Assembly: GCA_965246885.1 (NCBI GenBank)
Contig: OZ251992.1
Location: 1,152,001-1,216,000, forward strand
DNA length: 64,000 bases
Source: Abditibacterium sp.
GTDB taxonomy: Bacteria; Armatimonadota; Abditibacteriia; Abditibacteriales; Abditibacteriaceae
Reading direction: 5' to 3'
The number at the start of each line of letters is the position of its first letter. Position 1 is the first letter of the stretch. The notes beneath the pieces were generated by a model. It had not been told where the DNA came from. It did not search any database and saw only the letters and a list, made by a program, of their open reading frames with translations. A program made the position numbers and the translations under genes. Below, one piece after another: positions 56,026 through 64,000 of the stretch.

Positions 56026-57579
56026 ATGGCACTTTCCGCCGCCGCGCGCGCCGCGCTCGACCAGTTCAAGACCCAGCAACAAAACTCCGGTGCCGTTCCC
56101 CCCGAACCCGCCGCTCCCATTCCACCCAGTCCCAACGGCTTCGCGCCCGCGCCCGCCATTTCCAACGGCGCGGCGCTTCCCGCCATGCCCGCGCCCACAC
56201 CGGAAAACAGCGCGTGGAATCGGCTCAACGACCCCGCCACCACCATCCAAATGGGCGGCCTGTTCCGCCCCGAACAGCCCAAGACCTTCACTGAGTCGGG
56301 CATTTCCTACCGCGTGTTGGAAGGGCTAATCCTCAAAATCATCAAGCAGGAAGGCCCGCAGAACGAGGGACAAATCGCGGACATCCTGAAGATTTCGCCC
56401 AATGTCTTCCGCGACATTCTGGCGTCCCTCAACAAGCGCGAACTGCTCGACACGCCGCTCCCGATGCATTACGACCTAACCGGCAAAGGCCGCGAATTGG
56501 TCGGATTGGTCGAGCGCGAGGACGGCTATATCGGCCCCGCTCCCGTCCCGTTCGAGACCTACGTCAACATGGTCAAAGCGCAGGCCAAGCGCGAGCGCCG
56601 CGTCACCATGCGCGAAGTCGAGGAAGTTTTCGCGTCCTACCCGATGCGCCCTGCGCTCAAGTCCACGCTCAAAGAAGGCTTCAACTCGCAGCGCGTCATT
56701 ATCTTCTACGGCCCTCCGGGTAACGGCAAATCGCTCATCACCGACAACTTGCACCGCTTGCTCAAGGAGCCGGTTCTGCTGCCCTACGCGTTTGAATACA
56801 ACTCCAAGGTGGTGCAGTTGTTCGACCCCGCCTTTCACAAACTGCGCGAGGACTTGATGGAGCGCGAGGAAGCCGAGACCATGCACTCCGTTTCGACGGC
56901 GGGCAAACCCGATCGGCGCTGGGTTATCTCCGAGCCGCCGCTTGTGACGGTCGGCACGGAGTTCAAGGTCGCGCAGTTCGACATCACTTTCGACGGCCAG
57001 TACTTCGCGCCGCCGCATTTAAAAGCCAACAACGGCATCTTCATCTTCGACGACTTGGGGCGCCAGCAGGAGGATCACAACATGATCCTCAACCAGTTCA
57101 TTTATCCGCTCGAACACCGCGCCTCCATCATCCGCTTCGCGGGCGGCTCCTCAATGCGCGCCCCCTTCTTGCAGCGCCTCTTTCTTTCGACCAACCTGAA
57201 CCACGAGGAGATATTGGATGACGCTTTCAAACGCCGCTTGCTGTATCAGGTGTTGGTTGACCGCCCCACGACGCAACTCTGGAAGCAGATTTTCGTCAAC
57301 GAAGCGGGCAAAGTCGGTATCGAACCGACCCGCGCGCGCGATTTGGGCGAAAGCGTGGTGGCGTGGTATAAAACCGACGAGCGCGTCTTCCGTGCTTGCG
57401 ACCCGCGCAACCTGATGACCATGATTGACGCCAGCCTCGACACCGGCCAACGCGCCGAGGACGTGCTCGACCTCAACAAAATGCGCGACATCTACGACCG
57501 CTACCCCGCCGCGCACAAGAAAGACTCCAAGTTTTTCGTCGGCTCGATGGACTCGACCGGCGCTGGCGACGAGGAGTAA
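56026..57579 (+). CDS. AAA+ ATPase with Pro-rich N-terminus and winged-helix-like region
   Basis: YIGPAPV, Walker A GPPGNGKS, APPHLKANNG, Walker B FIFDDLGR, STNL, DDAFKRR. Confidence 0.85.
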   Translation: MALSAAARAALDQFKTQQQNSGAVPPEPAAPIPPSPNGFAPAPAISNGAALPAMPAPTPENSAWNRLNDPATTIQMGGLFRPEQPKTFTESGISYRVLEGLILKIIKQEGPQNEGQIADILKISPNVFRDILASLNKRELLDTPLPMHYDLTGKGRELVGLVEREDGYIGPAPVPFETYVNMVKAQAKRERRVTMREVEEVFASYPMRPALKSTLKEGFNSQRVIIFYGPPGNGKSLITDNLHRLLKEPVLLPYAFEYNSKVVQLFDPAFHKLREDLMEREEAETMHSVSTAGKPDRRWVISEPPLVTVGTEFKVAQFDITFDGQYFAPPHLKANNGIFIFDDLGRQQEDHNMILNQFIYPLEHRASIIRFAGGSSMRAPFLQRLFLSTNLNHEEILDDAFKRRLLYQVLVDRPTTQLWKQIFVNEAGKVGIEPTRARDLGESVVAWYKTDERVFRACDPRNLMTMIDASLDTGQRAEDVLDLNKMRDIYDRYPAAHKKDSKFFVGSMDSTGAGDEE

Positions 57580-57637
57580 AGCGACTGGACGGGCACAGCG
57601 ATTGCTTTGTACGGAGCGAGACCGACAAGGACGAACC

Positions 57638-57901
57638 ATGAGCCTGCATCACCACTTTCAAGAAGTCAAAAAAGCCGAAACCCTGCCGAACGCCGAAAAG
57701 CTGGGCATGTGCCTCAACTGCAAATACTGGAGCGCCGAGGGCACCCTAACACTCGACAAAAAGGAGCACCTCGCTGTGTGCGTGTACCCCGAACTCAAGC
57801 CCTATGCCCTCATCGTGAGTGGCACCAGCGCTTGCAACAAGTGGGCGGAGCGCGCAAACGTTGACCCGGAAGCCAAAGCCTACTCCAAGCAAGGCGAGTA
57901 G
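57638..57901 (+). CDS. Small 4-Cys protein, possible Fe-S (HiPIP-like spacing)
   Basis: CLNCKYW...C...VSGTSACNKW; AAGGA SD upstream. Confidence 0.65.
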   Translation: MSLHHHFQEVKKAETLPNAEKLGMCLNCKYWSAEGTLTLDKKEHLAVCVYPELKPYALIVSGTSACNKWAERANVDPEAKAYSKQGE

Positions 57902-57989
57902 AACTAAACAACGAGCGCCCCCCAACCGCCCGCCCACTTGTGGCAGCGTTCCACCGACGCGGGCGACGCGGCGACGCGACCCGGTGAAA

Positions 57990-58126
57990 GAAAAAATTAG
58001 GTGCGCCACAAAGTGGCTCAGCTAATTTTTTGACTGGCGCGACTAATTCTTCGACTGGCGCGGCTAATTCTGCCAGTAATTAGTTGCGTCAATCGTCGGC
58101 GCGGCCCGGCGGAGCGAAGAATTAAT
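57990..58126. repeat. Cluster of 21-bp-period AATTAG/CTAATT repeats in both orientations
   Basis: gtggctcagctaattttttga / ctggcgcgactaattcttcga / ctggcgcggctaattctgcca (58013-58075), flanked by opposite-orientation copies at ~57990 and ~58077. Confidence 0.75.
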
Positions 58127-58192
58127 CGGTTTTCTCGCCGCGCGGAGCCTATCCGTCGAGTAACGGCGCCCGTCCCTTTACACTGCGCGTCT

Positions 58193-58777
58193 ATGAAATC
58201 GGAAGAAGTCGAGGCGGCGCTGAAAGATTCGGGCGCGCTATTGGAAGGGCACTTTTTACTCGCGTCGGGGCGGCACTCGCAGTTCTACGTGGAGAAGTTC
58301 CGCTTGTTGGAGCAGCCGCGCCTTACGTCGCGCTTGTGCGCCGAGATCGCGTGGCGCTTCCGGGGCGACGGCATCGAGTGCGTCGTCGGACCAGTGACGG
58401 GCGGCATCATCCTCGCGTTCGAGGTCGCGCGGCAAATGGGCATCCGCGCCGTCTACGCCGAGCGCGCCGAAGATGGGCGCGACTTCGCCTTTCGGCGCGG
58501 TTTTGAACTCAAGGCGGGCGAGCGGTGCCTCATCGTCGAAGACATCGTAACAACGGGCGGAAGCGCGCAAAAAGTCGTGGATTTGGTGCGAGCCAATGGC
58601 GGCGAAGCGGTGGGCGTCGGCCTGCTCGTTGACCGCTCGAACGGGCAGTTGCAAATCAACGCGCCGCGCGTGGAATCGCTGTTGACGATGCCAGTGCAAA
58701 GCTACGCGCCCGACGAAGTCCCCGATTGGCTGACCGAGCAATACGGCCCCGCCCGCAAACCCGGCACGACGCGTTAA
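58193..58777 (+). CDS. pyrE: Orotate phosphoribosyltransferase
   Basis: GHFLLASGRHS, GPVTGGI, RRGF, IVEDIVTTGGS. Confidence 0.95.
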   Translation: MKSEEVEAALKDSGALLEGHFLLASGRHSQFYVEKFRLLEQPRLTSRLCAEIAWRFRGDGIECVVGPVTGGIILAFEVARQMGIRAVYAERAEDGRDFAFRRGFELKAGERCLIVEDIVTTGGSAQKVVDLVRANGGEAVGVGLLVDRSNGQLQINAPRVESLLTMPVQSYAPDEVPDWLTEQYGPARKPGTTR

Positions 58778-58819
58778 GCGGGCAAAGCGCGCTTGCGGCA
58801 ACGGCTAAATCGGTTTAAA

Positions 58820-59029
58820 ATGGAAGTCGAGGAAAACGCTATGGAATCGCTTCAATTGCCCCCGCAACCCCCCGCCGAGCCGATAGACGACGCGACGCGC
58901 GCCGCGCTCGAAGAAGCGCGCGCCGAAGCCGCGCGCGGCGAGGTTTATACCCTTGACGAAGTGCGCGAAAGCATCAAACAACGGTCAATCGAATGGCGCA
59001 AAACCCAAGAAACCCTTCTCGCCGCGTAG
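58820..59029 (+). CDS. Putative antitoxin
   Basis: Small acidic ORF (ALEEARAEAARGEVYTLDEV) overlapping the downstream RelE/ParE gene; start may be 58841. Confidence 0.7.
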   Translation: MEVEENAMESLQLPPQPPAEPIDDATRAALEEARAEAARGEVYTLDEVRESIKQRSIEWRKTQETLLAA

Positions 59030-59334
59030 TCACTTTTTCCGCGACGGCGCGGCGCAGTCAGTTCGCTATCTATGACAGCACCGCCGCGCAGTGGGGTGAC
59101 GAGCAGGCCGAAGCCTATACCGAATTTTTGCTCAATACGATGCAAATGCTGGCCGATACCCCGGCGATGGCGCCGCGCGTTCCCAACGACCCCACCGCGC
59201 GCGTTTTTGTCGCGCGCTGGAAGAACGCGCGATACGGCCACCACATCTATTTCGATGAGACGCCGACCGGGATTTTGGTGCTGCGCATCTTGCATACCGC
59301 GCAAGACAGGCCAAGCGACCTGCGGGATAATTGA
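58993..59334 (+). CDS. RelE/ParE family toxin
   Basis: FSATA...IYD.TA.QWG.EQAE.Y...LADTP, HHIYF, VLRILH..QD. Confidence 0.88.
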   Translation: MAQNPRNPSRRVVTFSATARRSQFAIYDSTAAQWGDEQAEAYTEFLLNTMQMLADTPAMAPRVPNDPTARVFVARWKNARYGHHIYFDETPTGILVLRILHTAQDRPSDLRDN

Positions 59335-59363
59335 GTGGTGTGGAGAGCCGAAGGGAGTGAGAC

Positions 59364-59876
59364 CTAAAACCGGCGCTTTGGCCCGACGCCTAAATGGTGC
59401 TCGATCATGCGGCGCTCGAAGCGGAACAGAAACCACTCGAAGAACTGGTGCGCGCCCAGCTTGGTGTAAAGGTCTTGCGCCGATTTGTTCCAGTCCAAGC
59501 CCATGCACTCGACGCGCCAGCAACCCCGCGTGTAGGCTTGCTGGATGCACCACTTAATCAGCCCCGTCCCGATGCCGCGCCGCCGAAATTCGGGGCGCAC
59601 GTACAAGTCCTCAATGAACAGGCGCGGGCGCGCCATGAAGCTGGAGTAGGTCTCGAAGAACAAGCAGAACCCGGCGGGCGCTGCGCTTTCGGGAACAAAA
59701 GCCAGAAACGCCTCGAAGCGCGGGCGCTCGCCCCAGCCGTCCTCCAGAAAGCGCGCGCGGGCGGAAGTGTCGGGCGGGTGCAGATGCTCGAACAGCGCCA
59801 GTTCGTGCACGAGGTCGAGCAAAGCGGGCGCATCTTCGCGCTCGGCGCGGCGAATCGAGAAAGCGGAATCGGACAC
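59364..59876 (-). CDS. GNAT N-acetyltransferase (diamine acetyltransferase-like)
   Basis: IRRA...D...L..LVHELALFE, LFIEDLYVRPEFRRRGIG, LDWN..A..LY.KLGA; GTG start 7 nt after a TATAAT. Confidence 0.9.
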   Translation of the reverse strand: MSDSAFSIRRAEREDAPALLDLVHELALFEHLHPPDTSARARFLEDGWGERPRFEAFLAFVPESAAPAGFCLFFETYSSFMARPRLFIEDLYVRPEFRRRGIGTGLIKWCIQQAYTRGCWRVECMGLDWNKSAQDLYTKLGAHQFFEWFLFRFERRMIEHHLGVGPKRRF

Positions 59877-59959
59877 GAGAGCGATTATACGCGGCGAGTT
59901 TTTCCGGCGTGTTTCGGAGTAAACTCCAGCGCCACGACTCGTCGTGGCGCCCCAGTTCT

Positions 59960-61318
59960 TTAAAGCGCCAAGTAGCGGTTGAGTTCCCAGTTGGTGACGG
60001 CGCGGGAGTTCATGTCGTTGTATTCGTCCCACTCGGCGCGCTTAGTAGCGAGGTAGTTCCCCGCGTACTCCTCGCCCAGCGCGCGGCACAGCGCCTCATC
60101 CGCTTCGAGGGCGTCCAGCGCTTCGCCGAGGTTGGCGGGCAGCAGTTCGATGCCGCGCGCCTGCGCTTCTGACGGGGAGTGAAGGAACAGGTTCTCACTC
60201 CCGCGACTTTTCCCGGCGCTAAGTCCCCGCGCGACGCCGTCCAAGCCTGCCGCGAGGACGCCCGCCGCCGCGAGATAGGGGCTGGAACTGCCGTCGGCGG
60301 TGCGGTATTCCAACCTGCCGGGGGCCGGAACGCGGATCATGGTGGTGCGGTTGTTGCCGCCGTGCGCCACGAAAATCGGTGCCCACGTCGCGCCGCTCCG
60401 GGGGCTGCGCGCGCCAAAGCGTTTGTAGGAGTTGATGCTCGGCGCGGTCAGGGCGCACAACGCGCGGGCGTGGTGCATGACGCCGCCCATGAAGGCATAC
60501 GCGAGGCCGCTCAAGCCCATGTCGTCGTTCTTGTCGAGGAACAGGTTGTCGCGCGCCTCGGCGTCCCAGATGGAGCAGTGCATATGCGCGCCGCTTCCGG
60601 TCAGGTTCTCGAACGGCTTGGGCATGAACGTCGCGTGCAGGCCGCGCTCTTCGGCCAAGGCTTTGACCATGAACTTAAAGAAGATGACTTGGTCGGCGGT
60701 CTTGAGGGCGTCGTTGAAGTTCCAGTTGATCTCGAACTGCCCGTTGGCGTCCTCGTGGTCGTTCTGGTAGGCGCCGTAGCCAAGCTCGTTGAGGTAGGTG
60801 AGGAGCGTGGTGAGGAAATCGGCGTTGCGCAGAAGCGCCAGTTGGCCGTAGCAGGGCTTCGACAGCGTGTCGGACGGGTCGGAGATCTGCGGCGGGGCGC
60901 CGTTCTTGGCGGGCTTCTCCATCAGGAAGAACTCCGGTTCGATGCCCAGTTTAAAGCGGAAGCCCTGCTCCTGCGCCGCTTCAAGGTTGCGCGCCAAGAT
61001 GGAGCGCGGGCAGTGCGCCCAGTCATTCCCGTCGTGCTGCATATTGCCCGCAATCCACGCCATCCCCGGCTTCCAAGGCAAGGGAAAGACGGTCGAATCG
61101 GACTTGGGCACGCACGACAGGTCGGGGTCTTGCGGCCCTTGGCCCAGCCCGTCAACGGCGAAGCCCGCGAACCCCGCCGCGCCGTCCACCACGTCGGGCA
61201 GGCAGTGCGCGGGCACCAGTTTGGCGCGCGGGATGCCGTTGATGTCGGAGAAAGACATCAGAAAGTATTTGATTTGATGCGCGTCAAAGAGTTGTTGGGT
61301 TTGGGAAATGTTGTGCAT
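59960..61318 (-). CDS. GlnT-type glutamine synthetase / probable gamma-glutamylmethylamide synthetase
   Basis: RAKLVP, GAAGFAGFA, GIEPEFFL, CYGQ.AL, YQNDHEDANGQFEINW, TFMPKPF, GSGAHMH, GATWAP, GNNRT. Confidence 0.88.
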   Translation of the reverse strand: MHNISQTQQLFDAHQIKYFLMSFSDINGIPRAKLVPAHCLPDVVDGAAGFAGFAVDGLGQGPQDPDLSCVPKSDSTVFPLPWKPGMAWIAGNMQHDGNDWAHCPRSILARNLEAAQEQGFRFKLGIEPEFFLMEKPAKNGAPPQISDPSDTLSKPCYGQLALLRNADFLTTLLTYLNELGYGAYQNDHEDANGQFEINWNFNDALKTADQVIFFKFMVKALAEERGLHATFMPKPFENLTGSGAHMHCSIWDAEARDNLFLDKNDDMGLSGLAYAFMGGVMHHARALCALTAPSINSYKRFGARSPRSGATWAPIFVAHGGNNRTTMIRVPAPGRLEYRTADGSSSPYLAAAGVLAAGLDGVARGLSAGKSRGSENLFLHSPSEAQARGIELLPANLGEALDALEADEALCRALGEEYAGNYLATKRAEWDEYNDMNSRAVTNWELNRYLAL

Positions 61319-61324
61319 AATGGT

Positions 61325-61774
61325 TTAGTCCGTTGGGTATTTGAAGAAGCCGACGAGTTGTGTTTGGGCGAAGCCGACTTTCGGATAGAACGCCATCGCG
61401 GGCGCGTTGGCGCTGTCACACAGAACCTGAAAGCGCGCCGCGCCCTTGCCGACGGCCCAGCGTTCCAGTTCCGCTAACAGCAGGGGCATCAGTCCGCGCC
61501 CGCGAAAGGCGGGGAGGAGAATTACGTCCTCGATCCACACGGCGGGCGCGCCCATCGCGGTCGAGATGATGAGTTGCGCGCTGCACATCCCGGCGACTTC
61601 GCCCTCGACTTCCCCGACCAAGATAGTCCGCAAGCCGGGCGCTTGGAGCATCAATTCCAGTCCGCGCCGCGACTTGGCGGGGTCGAAGTGGAAGTCCGCT
61701 TCGATGGCGAAGAGGGTTTCGAGCAAGCCGAGCAGGGCGGGGATGTCGGCGGAAGTGGCGGCGCGGATGTGCAT
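61325..61774 (-). CDS. GNAT N-acetyltransferase
   Basis: IRAAT.AD, IEDVIL.P.FRGRG, N..A..FY.K.GF. Confidence 0.9.
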   Translation of the reverse strand: MHIRAATSADIPALLGLLETLFAIEADFHFDPAKSRRGLELMLQAPGLRTILVGEVEGEVAGMCSAQLIISTAMGAPAVWIEDVILLPAFRGRGLMPLLLAELERWAVGKGAARFQVLCDSANAPAMAFYPKVGFAQTQLVGFFKYPTD

Positions 61775-61777
61775 GGG

Positions 61778-62980
61778 TTAGCGCAAGAACTTGGCGCGCT
61801 CGTATTTCCACTTCGAGGCGATGGGGCGCCCATCGGCAAAGCGGGCGAGGTCGAAGATGCCGGTTGGGAACGGCGAGGCGATGCCCTCGACGCGGCAGGC
61901 CATCTCCTCGCCCATCACCGTCGCCAGCTTGAAGCCGTGCCCGGAAAAGCCGACGGCGACATGGACGGTCTCGAAGGAGTCAATGATTGGCTGCCAGTCG
62001 GGGGTGGTTTCATACAGCCCGCAAAAGGCGCGCTCGACGCCACCTTTGTCGAGCGCGTCAATCCCCTCGAAACGCAGCGCGGCCTTGCCCTTAGCGTCGC
62101 GGATGGCGCGGGCGTCGGCTTCGGGGTCGTGCGAAATGGCGCAGTCGCGGGCGGGAACGGCTTGGAAATCCTGCAAATCGGCGGAGTCCGAGGAGCCAAC
62201 CCACATCCCGCTCCCGCCATCGGCGCGGAAATAGGCGAGGTTAATGAGGTCGGACACGACGGGAAAGCTCCCCCGGAAACTGGCGGGCCGCTCGACGACG
62301 ACGATCTGCGCGCGCATCGGGGTAACGGGCAACTCCAAGCCGAACAGTTCGCCCACGCCGCGCGACCAGTTGCCGGTGCAAAGCACGACTTGCGCGCAAC
62401 TCACGCTCGTTCCGTCGCCCAGCGCGACTTCCCAGCCTTCGCCGACAGCGCGCGCGCCGATAACGGGGGCGCCAAAGCGAAACGCTGCGCCGCTCTGTTT
62501 GGCGCCGTCGGTGAACGACCGGACAACGAGCGCGGGCGAAGCGTAGCCGCCGTGCTTCTCATAGGCGACGAGGGCGACATCTTCGGTGCGGACGGCGGGC
62601 GCGAGGGCTTTGAAGGCGGCGGGCGCCATTAACTCGACTTCGACGCCCAACTTCTGGTGCATCCCGATGTTGCGATGCAGCGTCGCCACGTCATCGGCGG
62701 CGACCAACACGGCGTAGCCGCACCCGTTCCAGCCCGCGTCGCCGCCGAAGAGTTCGCCGAAGCGTTGGAATCGCTTATTGGCTTCGAGCGCCATTTCGAC
62801 CAACTCCGGCACGCCGTAGTGCGCGCGGATGATGGCGCCGGACTTGGCGGTGGACTCCCCACCCGGCGCGGCGTTACGCTCGGCGACGACGACGCGGTAG
62901 CCGCGCCGCGAAAGCTCGAACGCCGCCGCGCACCCCATCAAGCCCGCGCCGACAACCAAGACATCGCAGGTTTCGGCCAT
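61778..62980 (-). CDS. FAD-dependent oxidoreductase, sarcosine oxidase beta/DAO family
   Basis: DVLVVGAGLMG, STAKSGAIIR.HY, GLYETTPDWQPII, GFSGHGFK. Confidence 0.92.
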   Translation of the reverse strand: MAETCDVLVVGAGLMGCAAAFELSRRGYRVVVAERNAAPGGESTAKSGAIIRAHYGVPELVEMALEANKRFQRFGELFGGDAGWNGCGYAVLVAADDVATLHRNIGMHQKLGVEVELMAPAAFKALAPAVRTEDVALVAYEKHGGYASPALVVRSFTDGAKQSGAAFRFGAPVIGARAVGEGWEVALGDGTSVSCAQVVLCTGNWSRGVGELFGLELPVTPMRAQIVVVERPASFRGSFPVVSDLINLAYFRADGGSGMWVGSSDSADLQDFQAVPARDCAISHDPEADARAIRDAKGKAALRFEGIDALDKGGVERAFCGLYETTPDWQPIIDSFETVHVAVGFSGHGFKLATVMGEEMACRVEGIASPFPTGIFDLARFADGRPIASKWKYERAKFLR

Positions 62981-63181
62981 TTAAAGCGCCCCCATAGCCA
63001 TCAGGCTCAGATTTTCAAGTGTGGAGAATCCCGCGTTTACCTCGCAGCGCGTCCGGCAGGACGCTTGGCGAAGCCGGATGCCGGGGATTTCATATCCCCG
63101 AAAGCGTTTCGCCAAGCGTCCTGCCGGACGCGCTGCGAGGCTTCGCTTGATGATGGTGATCTCCATTTAAAGCGCCCCCAT
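62977..63181. mobile_element. REP-like insertion (family A copy 2) flanked by a 19-bp direct repeat
   Basis: ccatttaaagcgcccccat at 62977-62995 and 63163-63181; internal perfect 33-bp inverted arms at 63040-63072 / 63108-63140. Confidence 0.7.
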
Positions 63182-64000
63182 CAGTTCGGCGACGTGCGAC
63201 GGGGCGAGCGGCGCTCTCATTCCGGCGAAGGGGATGCCCGTCACAAGCGCCGATTCGAGCGTGAGGGCGCGCAAGTCGTCGCGGTCGAGGTTGCCGACGT
63301 GCGATTTGCCGCAGGCGCGCGCCATGATTTGCATCTCCAACGTCATCGCGCGCAGGAAGTTCTCGACGCGCTCGGCGGCTTCTTGCACGTCTAAACGCTT
63401 CACCAGTTCGGGGTCTTGCGTGGCGACGCCGACCGGACAGCGTCCGGTGTGGCAGTGGTGGCAGGCTCCGGCGCGCGTGCCCATCGCCTCGTAATCTTCG
63501 AGGTAGAGCGGCGCGTTGCAGTTCAAGGCGATAATCGCCGCCGTCCCAATCGCCACCGCGTCGGCGCCCAGCGCCAAGGCTTTGGCGGCGTCCACGCCGG
63601 ATTTAATGCCGCCGCAAACGATGAGTTGCACTTCGCCGGTCAAGCCCAAGTCCTCCAAAGCGCGCGCCGCTTCGACGATGGCGGCGAGGGTGGGAATCCC
63701 GGTATGGTCGAGCAAAACGTCGGGCGACGCGGCGGTTCCGCCTTCCATGCCGTCCACGACCACGCAGTCCGCGCCCGCTTTGGCGGCGAGTTTCACGTCC
63801 TCATACACGCGCGCGGCGCCCAATTTCACGTAGATGGGCTTTTGCCAATCGGTCGCTTCGCGGAGTTCCTCTATCTTGATGGCGAGGTCTTCTGGCCCCA
63901 TCCAATCGGGATGGCGGCAGGGGGAGCGCTGGTCTACGCCGTCCGGCAGGTCGCGCATCCCGGCGATTTCGCTACTCACTTTCTGGCCGAGCAGCAAGCC
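63167..64000 (-). CDS. FMN-binding glutamate synthase family protein (GlxD/MgsC-like), 5' end outside the window
   Basis: GVDQRSPCRHPDW.GP.DL.IKI.ELRE.TDW..PIYVK.GA, DGMEGGT, GGIKSG.D.AKALALGAD, CHHCHTGRCPVGVATQDPEL. Confidence 0.9.
   Translation of the reverse strand, partial: GLLLGQKVSSEIAGMRDLPDGVDQRSPCRHPDWMGPEDLAIKIEELREATDWQKPIYVKLGAARVYEDVKLAAKAGADCVVVDGMEGGTAASPDVLLDHTGIPTLAAIVEAARALEDLGLTGEVQLIVCGGIKSGVDAAKALALGADAVAIGTAAIIALNCNAPLYLEDYEAMGTRAGACHHCHTGRCPVGVATQDPELVKRLDVQEAAERVENFLRAMTLEMQIMARACGKSHVGNLDRDDLRALTLESALVTGIPFAGMRAPLAPSHVAELMGAL

Noticed and set aside
56026..57579. The missing MoxR ATPase of the bpX system
   Set aside because: It lacks MoxR-like motifs such as DEI and has a different architecture (GPAPV, KANNG, DDLGR).
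58820..59334. Toxin-antitoxin pair as a marker of a mobile island
   Set aside because: No integrase, transposase, tRNA or flanking direct repeats seen; treated as an ordinary chromosomal TA module.

Overview
GC-rich (about two-thirds G+C by eye), densely coding bacterial chromosome segment. The gene content (DUF1559/H-X9-DG prepilin-like protein, Firmicutes-like mcsA-mcsB and radA-PIN/TRAM-ispD-ispF, SigB-type partner-switching operon) suggests Armatimonadota/Abditibacterium-like bacteria; this is an inference. Most of the window is housekeeping: leuS (partial), hpf, ispDF, radA, rarA, efp, rpe, rng, ilvE, coaX, thrB, pyrE and a probable 6S RNA. It also carries small metabolic clusters: a sugar-acid catabolic trio, a LarA-family racemase, and a likely N-methylglutamate (methylamine) operon at the right edge. 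No rRNA, tRNA, CRISPR array, transposase or prophage was seen. The most notable items are: (1) a membrane protein with the presenilin/signal-peptide-peptidase motif triad (D...GLGD...PAL) in an ACP/hydrolase/PAP2/GT2 operon; (2) two separated components resembling a MoxR-vWA-beta-propeller (bpX) conflict system, one preceded by a perfect 21-bp tandem array; (3) a family of intergenic 21-bp-period repeat arrays; (4) a REP-like palindrome insertion flanked by a 19-bp duplication that recreates a stop/start junction and an in-frame 61-aa mini-ORF; (5) a recurrent -10-box/7-8 nt/start-codon leaderless signature, including one palindromic bidirectional -10. All product calls come from motif recognition by eye; no searches were run.
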